Part shown: piece after piece, positions 28,570 through 37,378 of the stretch | Layout: every line of letters starts with the position of its first letter | How positions within the stretch are numbered: position 1 is the stretch's first letter | NCBI GenBank assembly: GCA_041658125.1 | Contig: JBBAAS010000003.1 | Coordinates: 10,830-74,829, forward strand | Direction of reading: 5' to 3' | Length of the DNA stretch: 64,000 nucleotides | Source: Candidatus Shapirobacteria bacterium | GTDB taxonomy: Bacteria; Patescibacteriota; Microgenomatia; UBA12405 | The notes under the pieces: model-generated | What the model saw: only the letters and a program-made list of their open reading frames with translations | Told to the model about the DNA's origin: nothing | The model's database searches: none | Made by a program: the position numbers and the translations under genes

Positions 28570-29007
28570 ATGGGTAATCCTCTTCAGGTAATTTCAGTAA
28601 TATTAGTCATTAGGTGCCAAGGTAAATTTTTGTTGGTGCAAAGATCGGAAAAAGATGATGTTTTCCCGGGATATTGGCAGAATATGGGCGGCAAAATTGA
28701 AATTGGTGAAACTGTAGAAAATGCAATTGCCCGAGAAATGGAAGAGGAAGTAGGGTTAAAACTAGATAAAACGCCGATATTTCTACACAGTTATTCATGG
28801 AAAAAGGATAATGATTCGCCAACTAAATTAGGATTAATTTTTTTAGTTGAGCTAAGCGGCAAAACGAAAGATCAAAAAGTGAGATTAAGTGATGAATTAG
28901 AAAGATACGGGTGGTATTCAATTGAGGAGGCAAAAGAAATAAAAACCATAGGGCCTGATAGTCCTACAGGGACACTTGGACAATTGAATAAAACACTTCA
29001 AGTTTAG
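28570..29007 (+). CDS. NUDIX hydrolase
   Basis: Nudix box GGKIEIGETVENAIAREMEEEVGL. Confidence 0.75.
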   Translation: MGNPLQVISVILVIRCQGKFLLVQRSEKDDVFPGYWQNMGGKIEIGETVENAIAREMEEEVGLKLDKTPIFLHSYSWKKDNDSPTKLGLIFLVELSGKTKDQKVRLSDELERYGWYSIEEAKEIKTIGPDSPTGTLGQLNKTLQV

Positions 29008-29057
29008 CTCTACTCTCCCTTAATCCACTTTTCAATTTCTGAAAAACTTAAACCCCT

Positions 29058-29876
29058 TTATTTTTGTCGATCTGGTTGTCTGGAAAAACGGCCTGGTAAG
29101 CCTCTGCCAATTGTCTGTGAACGGGTGTTAATATCTGGTCGGTGGTTATAGTCTGGCAATATTTCGTTTGGAACTCCAAATCTTACTCGATCTTTATTGA
29201 CCATAATCTCTTCAGGTGTTTTCGGTGGCTGAAGTAGAGTAAAAGCGTAGCTCCAACTACAGAGATAGTCTCTTACTATTGGATAAAATCCATGACCTCC
29301 GAGATTTGCCGGTATTGTTGCAGTTTCCGCAAAGGCATTTACATATCTGGCATAGGCTAAAAGAGCAATTCTGGTAGGATCTGATATCACCCAATTCTTT
29401 GACTTTTGTTGAGAAGTAAGAGAGGTATAACCAATCGAACAATAAACATTTTCCATATGTTTTTCTAATTCAGCTTCATAAGTTTTGTTCACCCTATCTC
29501 GACCTAATCTTCGTTTAGGATCAGTTGCGAGGTAAAGTTTCTCTTTTTCGATAAGTTCACCAATCGGAGAAAGCATTTTTTGAATCCAAGAAGTGGTTAC
29601 CTCCCAATCCACTGCTTCTGCCGGTAAATTTTTAGCTCGGACTACTCTACTTATTTGGTCTCTTGTTACAGACTGTAATGAGGTTGTGAGAGCACTAATA
29701 ATCGGACTTGGGTCTTGATACAAAATTCTGCTAGCCTGATTTCTACTAAGTTTTCTTAACACAATAAATTGTTCAAAAAAACCTTTACCGGCAACTTCTC
29801 CTCTTTTGTCTATTTGATGAATTTCACTATTGTAATCTAACTGCAAACTTAAGCCTTCGCCTTTGTCTTGAGCCAT
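29058..29876 (-). CDS. hypothetical protein
   Basis: 272 aa ORF; no family recognised. Confidence 0.45.
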   Translation of the reverse strand: MAQDKGEGLSLQLDYNSEIHQIDKRGEVAGKGFFEQFIVLRKLSRNQASRILYQDPSPIISALTTSLQSVTRDQISRVVRAKNLPAEAVDWEVTTSWIQKMLSPIGELIEKEKLYLATDPKRRLGRDRVNKTYEAELEKHMENVYCSIGYTSLTSQQKSKNWVISDPTRIALLAYARYVNAFAETATIPANLGGHGFYPIVRDYLCSWSYAFTLLQPPKTPEEIMVNKDRVRFGVPNEILPDYNHRPDINTRSQTIGRGLPGRFSRQPDRQK

Positions 29877-29910
29877 AAACTCATAATAACATACCTCCTC
29901 CCAAGCTTAG

Positions 29911-29980
29911 CCCACTTCGTGCCTGCCCTGAGTTTATCAAAAGGGGAACGCTCCCCCAAATTGGATAGGTTTTAGAACTT
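29911..29980 (+). repeat. family-2 repeat R1
   Basis: GCCTGCCCTGAGTTTATCAAAAGGGGAACGCTCCCCCAAATTGGATAGGTTTTAGAACT. Confidence 0.7.
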
Positions 29981-30068
29981 TCAATATAACTCACAATTAA
30001 AATATGGGTATTTAGTGATATACTTTGATACTCTAGGTAAAAATTTTGGTTTTACTTATAAATAAACT

Positions 30069-30719
30069 ATGCAAGAAAGAATCCGCAAATTACAAACGCT
30101 TAAAGAGGCAGAAGAAAGAGTTAGCGCTGTAGGAGTAGCCCAAAAAGATACGGCAATAAAAGCAGTCGATAAGGATAAGTTGGCAGATTGTGTTGCTGTG
30201 TTTGATATGTTGGGAATAAACCAAGGCTTAAACGAAATAAACCAGGAATTATTGCAGGGTCGGGGTCGGGTAATGCATAATTCGGGAATAAAAGAAGGAT
30301 CTTGGGAAAGGTCATTGGGTGATGGTGCTTATGAAAATGTATTTTATCGTTATGCAGAGGCGGGTGTTTGTCTTAAGTGGATCGATGGTAGATATATAGT
30401 CGTAAACATTACAACCGATGCCGAGAATGAAACTTACAAAGGTTATAGTTTAAAATTTTCTTATACTGGAGATTTGGGTGACTCAGAAGTTGTTTTAGAA
30501 TTTGATAGAGTCCGTGGAAAAGAACATCGAGTAACTGGCGGGGGTGTTGTTGAGTACTATAAACAAACCGAGTATACAACTGAGGAACTGAAAGAAGCAT
30601 GCCTTAACAAACTGGCTTCAATATGTCTTTCCATGCAAGAAGGGGGACTGTTTACACATCAAAGGGTAGAAACGAAACCCGAACCTCCAAGAAAAAGAAA
30701 AGGATTTTTTGGACTTTAG
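30069..30719 (+). CDS. hypothetical protein
   Basis: 216 aa ORF flanked by family-2 repeats. Confidence 0.45.
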   Translation: MQERIRKLQTLKEAEERVSAVGVAQKDTAIKAVDKDKLADCVAVFDMLGINQGLNEINQELLQGRGRVMHNSGIKEGSWERSLGDGAYENVFYRYAEAGVCLKWIDGRYIVVNITTDAENETYKGYSLKFSYTGDLGDSEVVLEFDRVRGKEHRVTGGGVVEYYKQTEYTTEELKEACLNKLASICLSMQEGGLFTHQRVETKPEPPRKRKGFFGL

Positions 30720-30786
30720 CAAATCACTGCTACTTAATCATAGTATATAAACATATATTGCGTATATATAGGATATATTTGAGATG

Positions 30787-30857
30787 CTCGCCTCGCGCCT
30801 GCCCTGAGTTTATCAAAAACGGACAGGCTTGCCTGCCGGCAGGCGGGTTTTATAACT
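30787..30857 (+). repeat. family-2 repeat R2 (variant with a GCCTGCCGGCAGGC palindrome)
   Basis: GCCTGCCCTGAGTTTATCAAAAACGGACAGGCTTGCCTGCCGGCAGGCGGGTTTTATAACT. Confidence 0.7.
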
Positions 30858-30876
30858 AATATTATATAATTACCAC

Positions 30877-31542
30877 GTGGAACAAGATTTTAGGCCAGGA
30901 TTAATGGCCTCTGTAAGAAAAGCTATAGAAAGGGGTACAACCGCCGCTCAAGATGAACAAGCAGGATATGTATGGACCCAATCCTGGAATTCTGATGTTT
31001 TTGAATACAGATGTGTTTTTGGTTCCGTTTTTTCAATATGGTTTAATGACTTTCTCGACAAACGGAGAAATGAGGGTAAAGTTTATGCATTAGATCTCAT
31101 GAGTACTTCTGCGATGTTAACTGGTTTGAAAATAGATGGTGGCGTTGCTGTTGGTTTAGGAAATATAACAAATGAATTATCTGAAGAACAAATGAGGGAA
31201 AGAAACATTACTTACATAGCAGGGAATCTGTTGAAAATACAACCCTGGAATAGTATTAAGGATTGGCTTGGGAGAAACAATGCAGACGGATTCGATCTAA
31301 TTACTTGCCGGGCAAATTTATCAGGTTGTCATAGCGAATATGTTCCCCGTTTTCCTTCAGTTTATTACGCCCTTCTAGACAGGGCGTGGAATTTATTAAA
31401 TAAGAATGGCGGAGTACTTTTAGTTGACGCCCCTTGGCTTATACACCTTGAAGGTGGTATTCCAAGGGAACTAGTTAATGATTGGCTCAAGAGACTGAAA
31501 CAAGCCAATGTTGAATGTCTTTACAAGGAAGGCACCAATTAA
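30877..31542 (+). CDS. hypothetical protein
   Basis: 221 aa ORF; no family recognised. Confidence 0.45.
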   Translation: MEQDFRPGLMASVRKAIERGTTAAQDEQAGYVWTQSWNSDVFEYRCVFGSVFSIWFNDFLDKRRNEGKVYALDLMSTSAMLTGLKIDGGVAVGLGNITNELSEEQMRERNITYIAGNLLKIQPWNSIKDWLGRNNADGFDLITCRANLSGCHSEYVPRFPSVYYALLDRAWNLLNKNGGVLLVDAPWLIHLEGGIPRELVNDWLKRLKQANVECLYKEGTN

Positions 31543-31599
31543 GTTTGTAAAAAAATCTGATTCTTCAAAACATTTACCAACCTGACGTTTTAGTATTTG

Positions 31600-31645
31600 T
31601 GTTGTTAAAGCCTTGCCCGGCGAGTGGAACGATTTTAAAACTTTA
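31600..31645 (+). repeat. family-2 repeat R3 (degenerate)
   Basis: gccttgcccggcgagtGGAACGATTTTAAAACTtt. Confidence 0.4.
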
Positions 31646-31891
31646 CAAACTAACTTTGACTGCCCCATCTCTTAAAGGACAGCCGGTGGGACTAACAGCC
31701 GTGATATTCCGACAGCCCCAAGTAATACGTGCTGTTATCATAGTATCAATATCAATATCACATCTTGCCTTACCAACACCCTGTTCAAATTGTTCAATTT
31801 CAACCACTGGGGTTCCTTGAGCCGCACCAACCAGCCCTTTTTGGATTGCTGGACAACTCTCTCTAATAGCTTCAAGCGATGGATAGCACAT
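31643..31891 (-). CDS. small Cys-containing ORFan lying between two repeat copies; coding status uncertain
   Basis: 82 aa ORF with GC-richer composition, bracketed by R3 and R4. Confidence 0.25.
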   Translation of the reverse strand: MCYPSLEAIRESCPAIQKGLVGAAQGTPVVEIEQFEQGVGKARCDIDIDTMITARITWGCRNITAVSPTGCPLRDGAVKVSL

Positions 31892-31933
31892 TTGGTAAAG
31901 TTTACCCTACACAGTCATATATATCAAACAGAC

Positions 31934-31985
31934 TCAGGGCTCGAAGAATGGAACGATCCCTCAAACTGGACAGGTTTTAAAACTG
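31934..31985 (+). repeat. family-2 repeat R4 (first module inverted: ACTCAGGGC)
   Basis: actcagggctcgaagaatGGAACGATCCCTCAAACTGGACAGGTTTTAAAACT. Confidence 0.65.
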
Positions 31986-32029
31986 CTAAAATAGACATTA
32001 TTAAGTAGAAGTTTTTATTGAAAAGATAA

Positions 32030-32800
32030 ATGAATAATATTAGGTTTAAGGATAAAATTGCTCTAATTACCGGAGCTAGTCGAGGGATGGGAAAAGCAAC
32101 TGCACTGGCATTTGCCAAAGAAGGCGCAATTGTAATAATTGATTATTTTGTTTCTGATTTCGAACCCGATGCAGAATCTAATGCAAAAGAAGTTGTCAGG
32201 CTGATCGAGGAAATGGGGTCAAAAGCAATGGCGATAGAGGCAGACGTGTCTAATGAAGATATGGTGAAAGATATGGTTGAAAAAGTAATGTCCGTTTATG
32301 GAAAAATCGACATTTTGGTTAATAATGCAGGGATTGCAATTGATCTACCGCTGGAACAAAGAACGGTAGAACACTGGAAACATACTTTGGATGTCAATCT
32401 GATCGGAGAATATATCTGTGCAAAAAATGTAATCCCGCATATGATCAAAAACGGGAAAGGAGTCGTGGTTAATATTGCTTCCAGCAGTGGCTCAAAATGT
32501 TTCAGTCCGGAAAGTATTGATTATGATAGTTCCAAAGCCGGAGTAATCTCATTGACAAAAAATTTAGCAAAAGAGTACGCACTAAAAAATATAAGAGTTA
32601 ACGCTGTTGCTCCGGGTTGGATAAACACTCCGCTGAATAAAGATCTGCCTTTGGAATTTGTAAAATCTGAAACCGATAGGATCTATCTGAAAAGATTTGG
32701 GGAACCGGAAGAAGTTGCAAATTTGACATTATTTTTAGCTTCTGATGAGGCAAGTTACATCAATGGAGAAGTTGTCACAATTGACGGCGGTTACGAGTAA
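32030..32800 (+). CDS. short-chain dehydrogenase/reductase (FabG-like)
   Basis: TGASRGMGKATALAFAKEGA (TGxxxGxG), NNAG, and S...YxxxK present. Confidence 0.8.
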   Translation: MNNIRFKDKIALITGASRGMGKATALAFAKEGAIVIIDYFVSDFEPDAESNAKEVVRLIEEMGSKAMAIEADVSNEDMVKDMVEKVMSVYGKIDILVNNAGIAIDLPLEQRTVEHWKHTLDVNLIGEYICAKNVIPHMIKNGKGVVVNIASSSGSKCFSPESIDYDSSKAGVISLTKNLAKEYALKNIRVNAVAPGWINTPLNKDLPLEFVKSETDRIYLKRFGEPEEVANLTLFLASDEASYINGEVVTIDGGYE

Positions 32801-32809
32801 ATTTTGGTG

Positions 32810-32885
32810 AAACACTCCCAAACTGGACAGGCATGCCCTGAGTTTGTCGAATGGGCTTGCCTGCCTGCAGGCGGGTTTTAGAACT
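32810..32885 (+). repeat. family-2 repeat R5 (variant with a GCCTGCAGGC palindrome)
   Basis: cccaaactggacaggcaTGCCCTGAGTTTGTCGAAtgggctTGCCTGCCTGCAGGCGGGTTTTAGAACT. Confidence 0.7.
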
Positions 32886-32963
32886 ATCTAAAAAATTTTT
32901 TTACTATATTAGCCAGGCTCGGATAATCTTCATAATCGTGAGTGTCGTTATTTGAATTTTTTA

Positions 32964-33314
32964 TCAGTTGGTAATTTGCTGGCGATAATTCTTTTTCGGT
33001 AAACCAACTTCTTTGGCTAATAAATAAGGGTGACCACACAAAATTATTTTTTGAGGATTAGTAGCCTTTTCGTAAATAGTTTTTAAGGCAAGGATTGCCC
33101 CAACTGATTTAGCAAAGATGTAATAATTATTTTGGGTTTTTACTAATTCGGCAAGTTTTTTAGATTTGGCCCCAAAATCTATAAATTTTTTTCCATTAGT
33201 CCAGTGATCGTAATTAAGAATAGTTCCGGTAGAAAATATGTCAAATTCTGACTTTACTTTTTCAATCCAAGTTTTGTTGTTTAAACTATTCCCGGCTAGA
33301 TAAATAATGTTCAT
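32964..33314 (-). CDS. hypothetical protein
   Basis: Likely start at the internal MNIIYLAGN; the upstream part of the track ORF runs into repeat R6. Confidence 0.4.
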   Translation of the reverse strand: MNIIYLAGNSLNNKTWIEKVKSEFDIFSTGTILNYDHWTNGKKFIDFGAKSKKLAELVKTQNNYYIFAKSVGAILALKTIYEKATNPQKIILCGHPYLLAKEVGLPKKNYRQQITN

Positions 33315-33343
33315 ATAGCTGATTTTACCAAAGTTTATAAAAT

Positions 33344-33395
33344 GCCTTTGCCACCTTAACGGAACGATCCCCAAGGGGACAAGTTTTAGAAATAG
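33344..33395 (+). repeat. family-2 repeat R6 (short form)
   Basis: cttaacGGAACGATCCCCAAGGGGACAAGTTTTAGAAAT. Confidence 0.6.
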
Positions 33396-33447
33396 CTCCT
33401 CCCGCTGGGATAGTACTCGGATAGAAAAGTGGGTTAGGAATTATTTA

Positions 33448-34326
33448 TTAAATCCCAATTTTCCAAACATTCTTTTCCAAAAAAGCTTCGATGGTTTGAC
33501 GACCGGCTTTGTTTAGAAGATTGGGATGAGAAAGTTTATTGGTTTTGGCAAAATCACTAAGGGTGACAATTTTTTTACCCTCCAGATAGGCTAATCGTTT
33601 ATGATAACTGTTGGTTAGTGCTTTACCGACCATTTCTTCCATGACGGTTGTTATTTCCTTTGCATCAAATTCTTTAAATGCATCATAGTATTTTTTTCGA
33701 TCAATAAATTTGATGTTTATGGGAACAAAACCTTCTCGGATAAGTAGATAATTATTGATAACTCGGCCAATACGACCATTACCGTCAACAAAAGGGTGAA
33801 TATATTCAAAGGTTAAATGTAAACGAGCAATACGCTTGATAATATTTTCATGGCTGGAAGCATTGTATTGAGATAACATTTTTTCAAGCCTCTCAATAAC
33901 TTCTTTGGGGGTTGGAGCAATGTGACTGCCAACCCGAACAAACTCGCCATCTTTTCTAAATCTGCCCGCTACGTCATCACGAATATTGGAAATTAACATT
34001 TGGTGCAGAGTTAAAATCACACCAAGAGTGAGTTCCTGTTCTTTGGCTTTTTTATCAATATAGGAAACAACCCGGGCAAGATTTTTTGTTTCAAAAATTT
34101 CTCGTTCAGTAATAAATCGATCAAGATCAATCTGTAGAAGAATCTTTTCGGTTTCTTCGAGAGTCAGGGTGCTGTTTTCAATGGCGTTGGAATTGTAAAC
34201 TTGCTCAGCAATTTCAGCTTCACTAATTAGTTGAATAAGAGCCTCTTTGCCGGTGGATGCTTGGTAATACCGTTGACGAAGACTACTGATTTTACTAAAG
34301 ACATTTAATATATTAGTCATATCCAT
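33448..34326 (-). CDS. Fic/Doc (Fido) family protein
   Basis: HPFVDGNGRIGRVINNYLL is the Fic motif HPFx[DE]GNGR. Confidence 0.8.
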   Translation of the reverse strand: MDMTNILNVFSKISSLRQRYYQASTGKEALIQLISEAEIAEQVYNSNAIENSTLTLEETEKILLQIDLDRFITEREIFETKNLARVVSYIDKKAKEQELTLGVILTLHQMLISNIRDDVAGRFRKDGEFVRVGSHIAPTPKEVIERLEKMLSQYNASSHENIIKRIARLHLTFEYIHPFVDGNGRIGRVINNYLLIREGFVPINIKFIDRKKYYDAFKEFDAKEITTVMEEMVGKALTNSYHKRLAYLEGKKIVTLSDFAKTNKLSHPNLLNKAGRQTIEAFLEKNVWKIGI

Positions 34327-34425
34327 TATTATAGTCTATTTCACGTTTTTGTCAACATAATCGTGAATAACTGGTTATTTTTGATGTATTTTCACGGTTT
34401 TGAAGGTATTTTTCATGGAATATCG

Positions 34426-34493
34426 GCTCGCTTGGTGCCTGCCCTGAGTTTGTCGAAGTGGAACGATCCCCCAAAACGGACAGGTTTTAGAAC
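34426..34493 (+). repeat. family-2 repeat R7
   Basis: GCCTGCCCTGAGTTTGTCGAAGTGGAACGATCCCCCAAAACGGACAGGTTTTAGAACT. Confidence 0.7.
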
Positions 34494-34630
34494 TAATACC
34501 CGAACCCTAAAAAAGCGAAAAATTGTTTAAAGTGTTAAAGTAAAGATATGAAGAGACAATCAGGTACAGTAAGTGTCGTATCGGGATTCTTTATTATTGT
34601 GCAACTGGCTGAAAATCTTAATTTCTTAAT

Positions 34631-35161
34631 ATGCAACAAGCACCCATGAAAGAGGAAAGTGAAGAAATAGAATTCCACCCAAGTAGAATTGTAACATTGT
34701 GCCTGAGTTTGTTAGTGTTTACTTTTATGTGTCTTTTTTCGACCCTACTTGTTTACCTATCTACCAGAAATGTTTTGCTTGCGGGAATATGTTTTTTGAT
34801 AACCTCTGTTTTGTCGATTTTTATTATTTCTAAAATGGCAAAACCGAAGTTAACACTGTCTCAGAAGGGAATATTTTATCGGGATAAATTTTATGACTGG
34901 AACGAAATTGTGTCGATGTCCCGTAACGTTGACGAGGGCATTTACTATAGGGTTAAAACAAAGAACGGAGACGTAATAACTTTTAACGGCATCTTTTTTT
35001 CGACACAATTTGAGAAGCTAGTAGTTGCTAATGCCTCCTTTGAGGAAGTACCTGTTGGCAAGTATTTTTATTTTAAACGCTGGAAGAAGATTGGCGGTGA
35101 ATATGAATATACCGGATTTTGGGATAAATTAGTCGATATTCTGCAAAAAAAGATTTTCTAA
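34631..35161 (+). CDS. hypothetical membrane protein
   Basis: Two N-terminal TM helices and a soluble C-terminal domain. Confidence 0.45.
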   Translation: MQQAPMKEESEEIEFHPSRIVTLCLSLLVFTFMCLFSTLLVYLSTRNVLLAGICFLITSVLSIFIISKMAKPKLTLSQKGIFYRDKFYDWNEIVSMSRNVDEGIYYRVKTKNGDVITFNGIFFSTQFEKLVVANASFEEVPVGKYFYFKRWKKIGGEYEYTGFWDKLVDILQKKIF

Positions 35162-35370
35162 AGAAGTTATTTCTGCGGCAGAGAGATTGTAGTTTCAGGA
35201 CAGCTCCGATTATGACTTGTAACCAAGTTACTAAGCGTTGTTTTGAATTTTGGCAGGCTTGAAAAAACCATAAAGCTTAATGGATTACTTTTTTTTGATT
35301 CGCCCAAACAACTTGTTAATCTTGAAAAACTTTTGACATCTTCTAACTTGCCAAAAAGTGAATCATTTTA

Positions 35371-35889
35371 TTACTTAAATTTTCCGAATATAAAGCCTTC
35401 AAAAATTAATGCCAGAATGAAATAGGCGATATAGCAAAGTATGTCTAATCCTATTACCATAAATATTTTCGTTCCTATCGAGCGGGATTCTTTTCTAATT
35501 ATCTTTAAGCTGAAAATCCACCCAATGGCACCCACGGCACCTCCAATAAAACCTCCCGTTATTAACAAAACGAAAGCCGGTAAAACTGCTAACCATTCGT
35601 ACCATTTTAAGTTTTTAAAATTAAAAGAACCTTTTACTTTTTCCGGTTGTATTTGAGAGACCGTTTGCTCTGATAAAAGATGATCATTTTCCCGTAAAGC
35701 TTGATCGGCCGGATTGGATATTTTATTTGTTTCCGGTGTTATGGGCCTTACTTCATTTAGCAAACTTTTGATGGTAATATCAACAAAACCATAATTGGCT
35801 AATTTAGTTTTAATAATGTCTTCTGTTTCTCCGGCGGCAAACCATTCCTTAATGTAAATTTTGGCTTGATCTTGGGTAATAAAGTCCAT
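35371..35889 (-). CDS. hypothetical membrane protein
   Basis: Soluble N-terminal domain with two TM helices at the C-terminus. Confidence 0.45.
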   Translation of the reverse strand: MDFITQDQAKIYIKEWFAAGETEDIIKTKLANYGFVDITIKSLLNEVRPITPETNKISNPADQALRENDHLLSEQTVSQIQPEKVKGSFNFKNLKWYEWLAVLPAFVLLITGGFIGGAVGAIGWIFSLKIIRKESRSIGTKIFMVIGLDILCYIAYFILALIFEGFIFGKFK

Positions 35890-35907
35890 CTAAGTAAATT
35901 TAGACTT

Positions 35908-35968
35908 TTAACAATGGTTTGTCAAACAAATAGCTCGATGAGTGAAGTGGTTTAGAACTTTAGTTCCT
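35908..35968 (+). repeat. family-2 repeat R8 (degenerate)
   Basis: tttgtcaaacaaatagctcgatgagtgaagtGGTTTAGAACTTtagttcc. Confidence 0.35.
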
Positions 35969-36038
35969 AATTTTCACCGTACTCTATCCATTCAAAAATT
36001 TCCCCATAATATCACTTACGGGGTAAAATGAAGTTGCA

Positions 36039-36347
36039 ATGATCATTACCATTAACGGGAAAATTGTTAAGCCGGGAAAAGAATCCAAGAAAAAACCACG
36101 AATGAGTCCGTGGTTCAAAAAATGGTTATTGGTAATCGGAGGAACATTGCTGTTGATGACGGTCCCGGCCTCGTTTTTGGGATTTGACGAAGACTTAGGG
36201 TCGGCTTGGCTTTTTCTTATTTTGTTAGTATTAATAATACTTTTTGCAGTGGTGATATTATCGGCAATAGTTACTTGGATAAAAAATATTTTGAAATTTA
36301 AAATGGTGATTTACACTGTTGAAAAACCTAAAACAGTAAAAGGTTAG
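36039..36347 (+). CDS. small membrane protein
   Basis: 102 aa with two TM helices. Confidence 0.4.
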   Translation: MIITINGKIVKPGKESKKKPRMSPWFKKWLLVIGGTLLLMTVPASFLGFDEDLGSAWLFLILLVLIILFAVVILSAIVTWIKNILKFKMVIYTVEKPKTVKG

Positions 36348-36607
36348 TCAAACTTGCGGGAGGTTTGACAGTAACTACAAAATTCACAATCAGGATGGGG
36401 CTCCAGCTGTACCGAAAAATTCGGACGTTTTTCAAAGCCGTAAGGTAAGGCGCGGCGGTGGGGGACGCCACGCCGATCAATTATTTTTTGTGGGCGTGAT
36501 TTTTAAAATTTTTTGGCTCCCCGTAGTGCGCAAACTTCGCAACTGGTTCACTGAGAGTTCGCTCCCGGCTCTCCCTTTGAAGTTTGCTTTCAAAACTGTT
36601 ATTTAAA
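36348..36607. other. GC-rich structured intergenic region: strong hairpins with a T-run, repeat-like fragments; candidate ncRNA or array boundary
   Basis: GTCAAACttgcgggaggTTTGAC, GGCGCGGCGgtgggggaCGCCACGCC followed by ttatttttt, and GCAAACTTC...GAAGTTTGC. Confidence 0.3.
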
Positions 36608-37378
36608 TTATTTATTCCCGGCTATTTTTTCGACATCCACATAACCCTTACCCTTGTCATCCTTTTTCGTGTAGGGAATTTTATCAGGCGATATGCCAAA
36701 GTGTATAAAAAATTCTGACAATACTTCAAAGGTAACATATTTTGAGTCATAAATTGCGTCTGAAACATCGGCATTAATTTTTTCATAAAAATCTTTAGTT
36801 ACATATACTATGGACGCGTCATCAAAATCCGACTTGTAGAATAAGTCTTGCACCTCCTTCGGTTTTAAAAATAGTTTTTTTCCTTCCCATAAACTTGCGT
36901 TTTTAATACCAACATTAAACTTGACTTTTTTTACCTTGGGGATATGGGTCAACATCTTTTTGTAAAGTTCCACAAACTCATAAACATACTCCACAATAGC
37001 CAAACTATTAAGTTGTGGGTATTCAACAAATTTATTATGGTCTTGACCCCATCCCAAAAAACTGTCGTCAGTGTATGCTATGGCGACTAAAGAGCCATCC
37101 CGATACAATCGAATTGTTTTTCTATCTCCGTTTTTTACCTCCCAGCACTTACCATCTTTGATTCTTGGCCAGTCGAGTGTGAGTAGGTTCCAGCCAGAGT
37201 ATCTTAAATATGGCGGGTTTTTTAACATGTCACGCAAAGGGTTGTTTTCCTCAGCAAAAAAGTTATCAAGATTGATTTTCTCTTGTGGTTCTACTCCTAA
37301 AACAACTAAAGGTGGAATATAGGTATTATTGTTTGTTTCCATAAATTGTCTCTTCAATTTTTGCCGGAATACTGTCAA
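36608..37378 (-). CDS. hypothetical protein, last gene of the restriction-modification-linked operon
   Basis: 256 aa; start overlaps the upstream gene; no family recognised. Confidence 0.45.
   Translation of the reverse strand: MTVFRQKLKRQFMETNNNTYIPPLVVLGVEPQEKINLDNFFAEENNPLRDMLKNPPYLRYSGWNLLTLDWPRIKDGKCWEVKNGDRKTIRLYRDGSLVAIAYTDDSFLGWGQDHNKFVEYPQLNSLAIVEYVYEFVELYKKMLTHIPKVKKVKFNVGIKNASLWEGKKLFLKPKEVQDLFYKSDFDDASIVYVTKDFYEKINADVSDAIYDSKYVTFEVLSEFFIHFGISPDKIPYTKKDDKGKGYVDVEKIAGNK

Noticed and set aside
28468-35968. Possible CRISPR array suggested by the recurring GTTTTAGAACT-terminated repeats
   Set aside because: The repeats are 50-75 nt, imperfect and of variable architecture. Spacing is 0.3-1 kb, with complete genes between copies. 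No regular repeat-spacer periodicity and no cas genes are present.
28468-35968. Canonical integron attC sites (GTTRRRY core and RYYYAAC inverse core) with an adjacent intI
   Set aside because: Repeat termini (GTTTTAG, CCAAAAC) do not fit the attC core consensus, and no integrase gene flanks the array. It is kept only as cassette-array-like.
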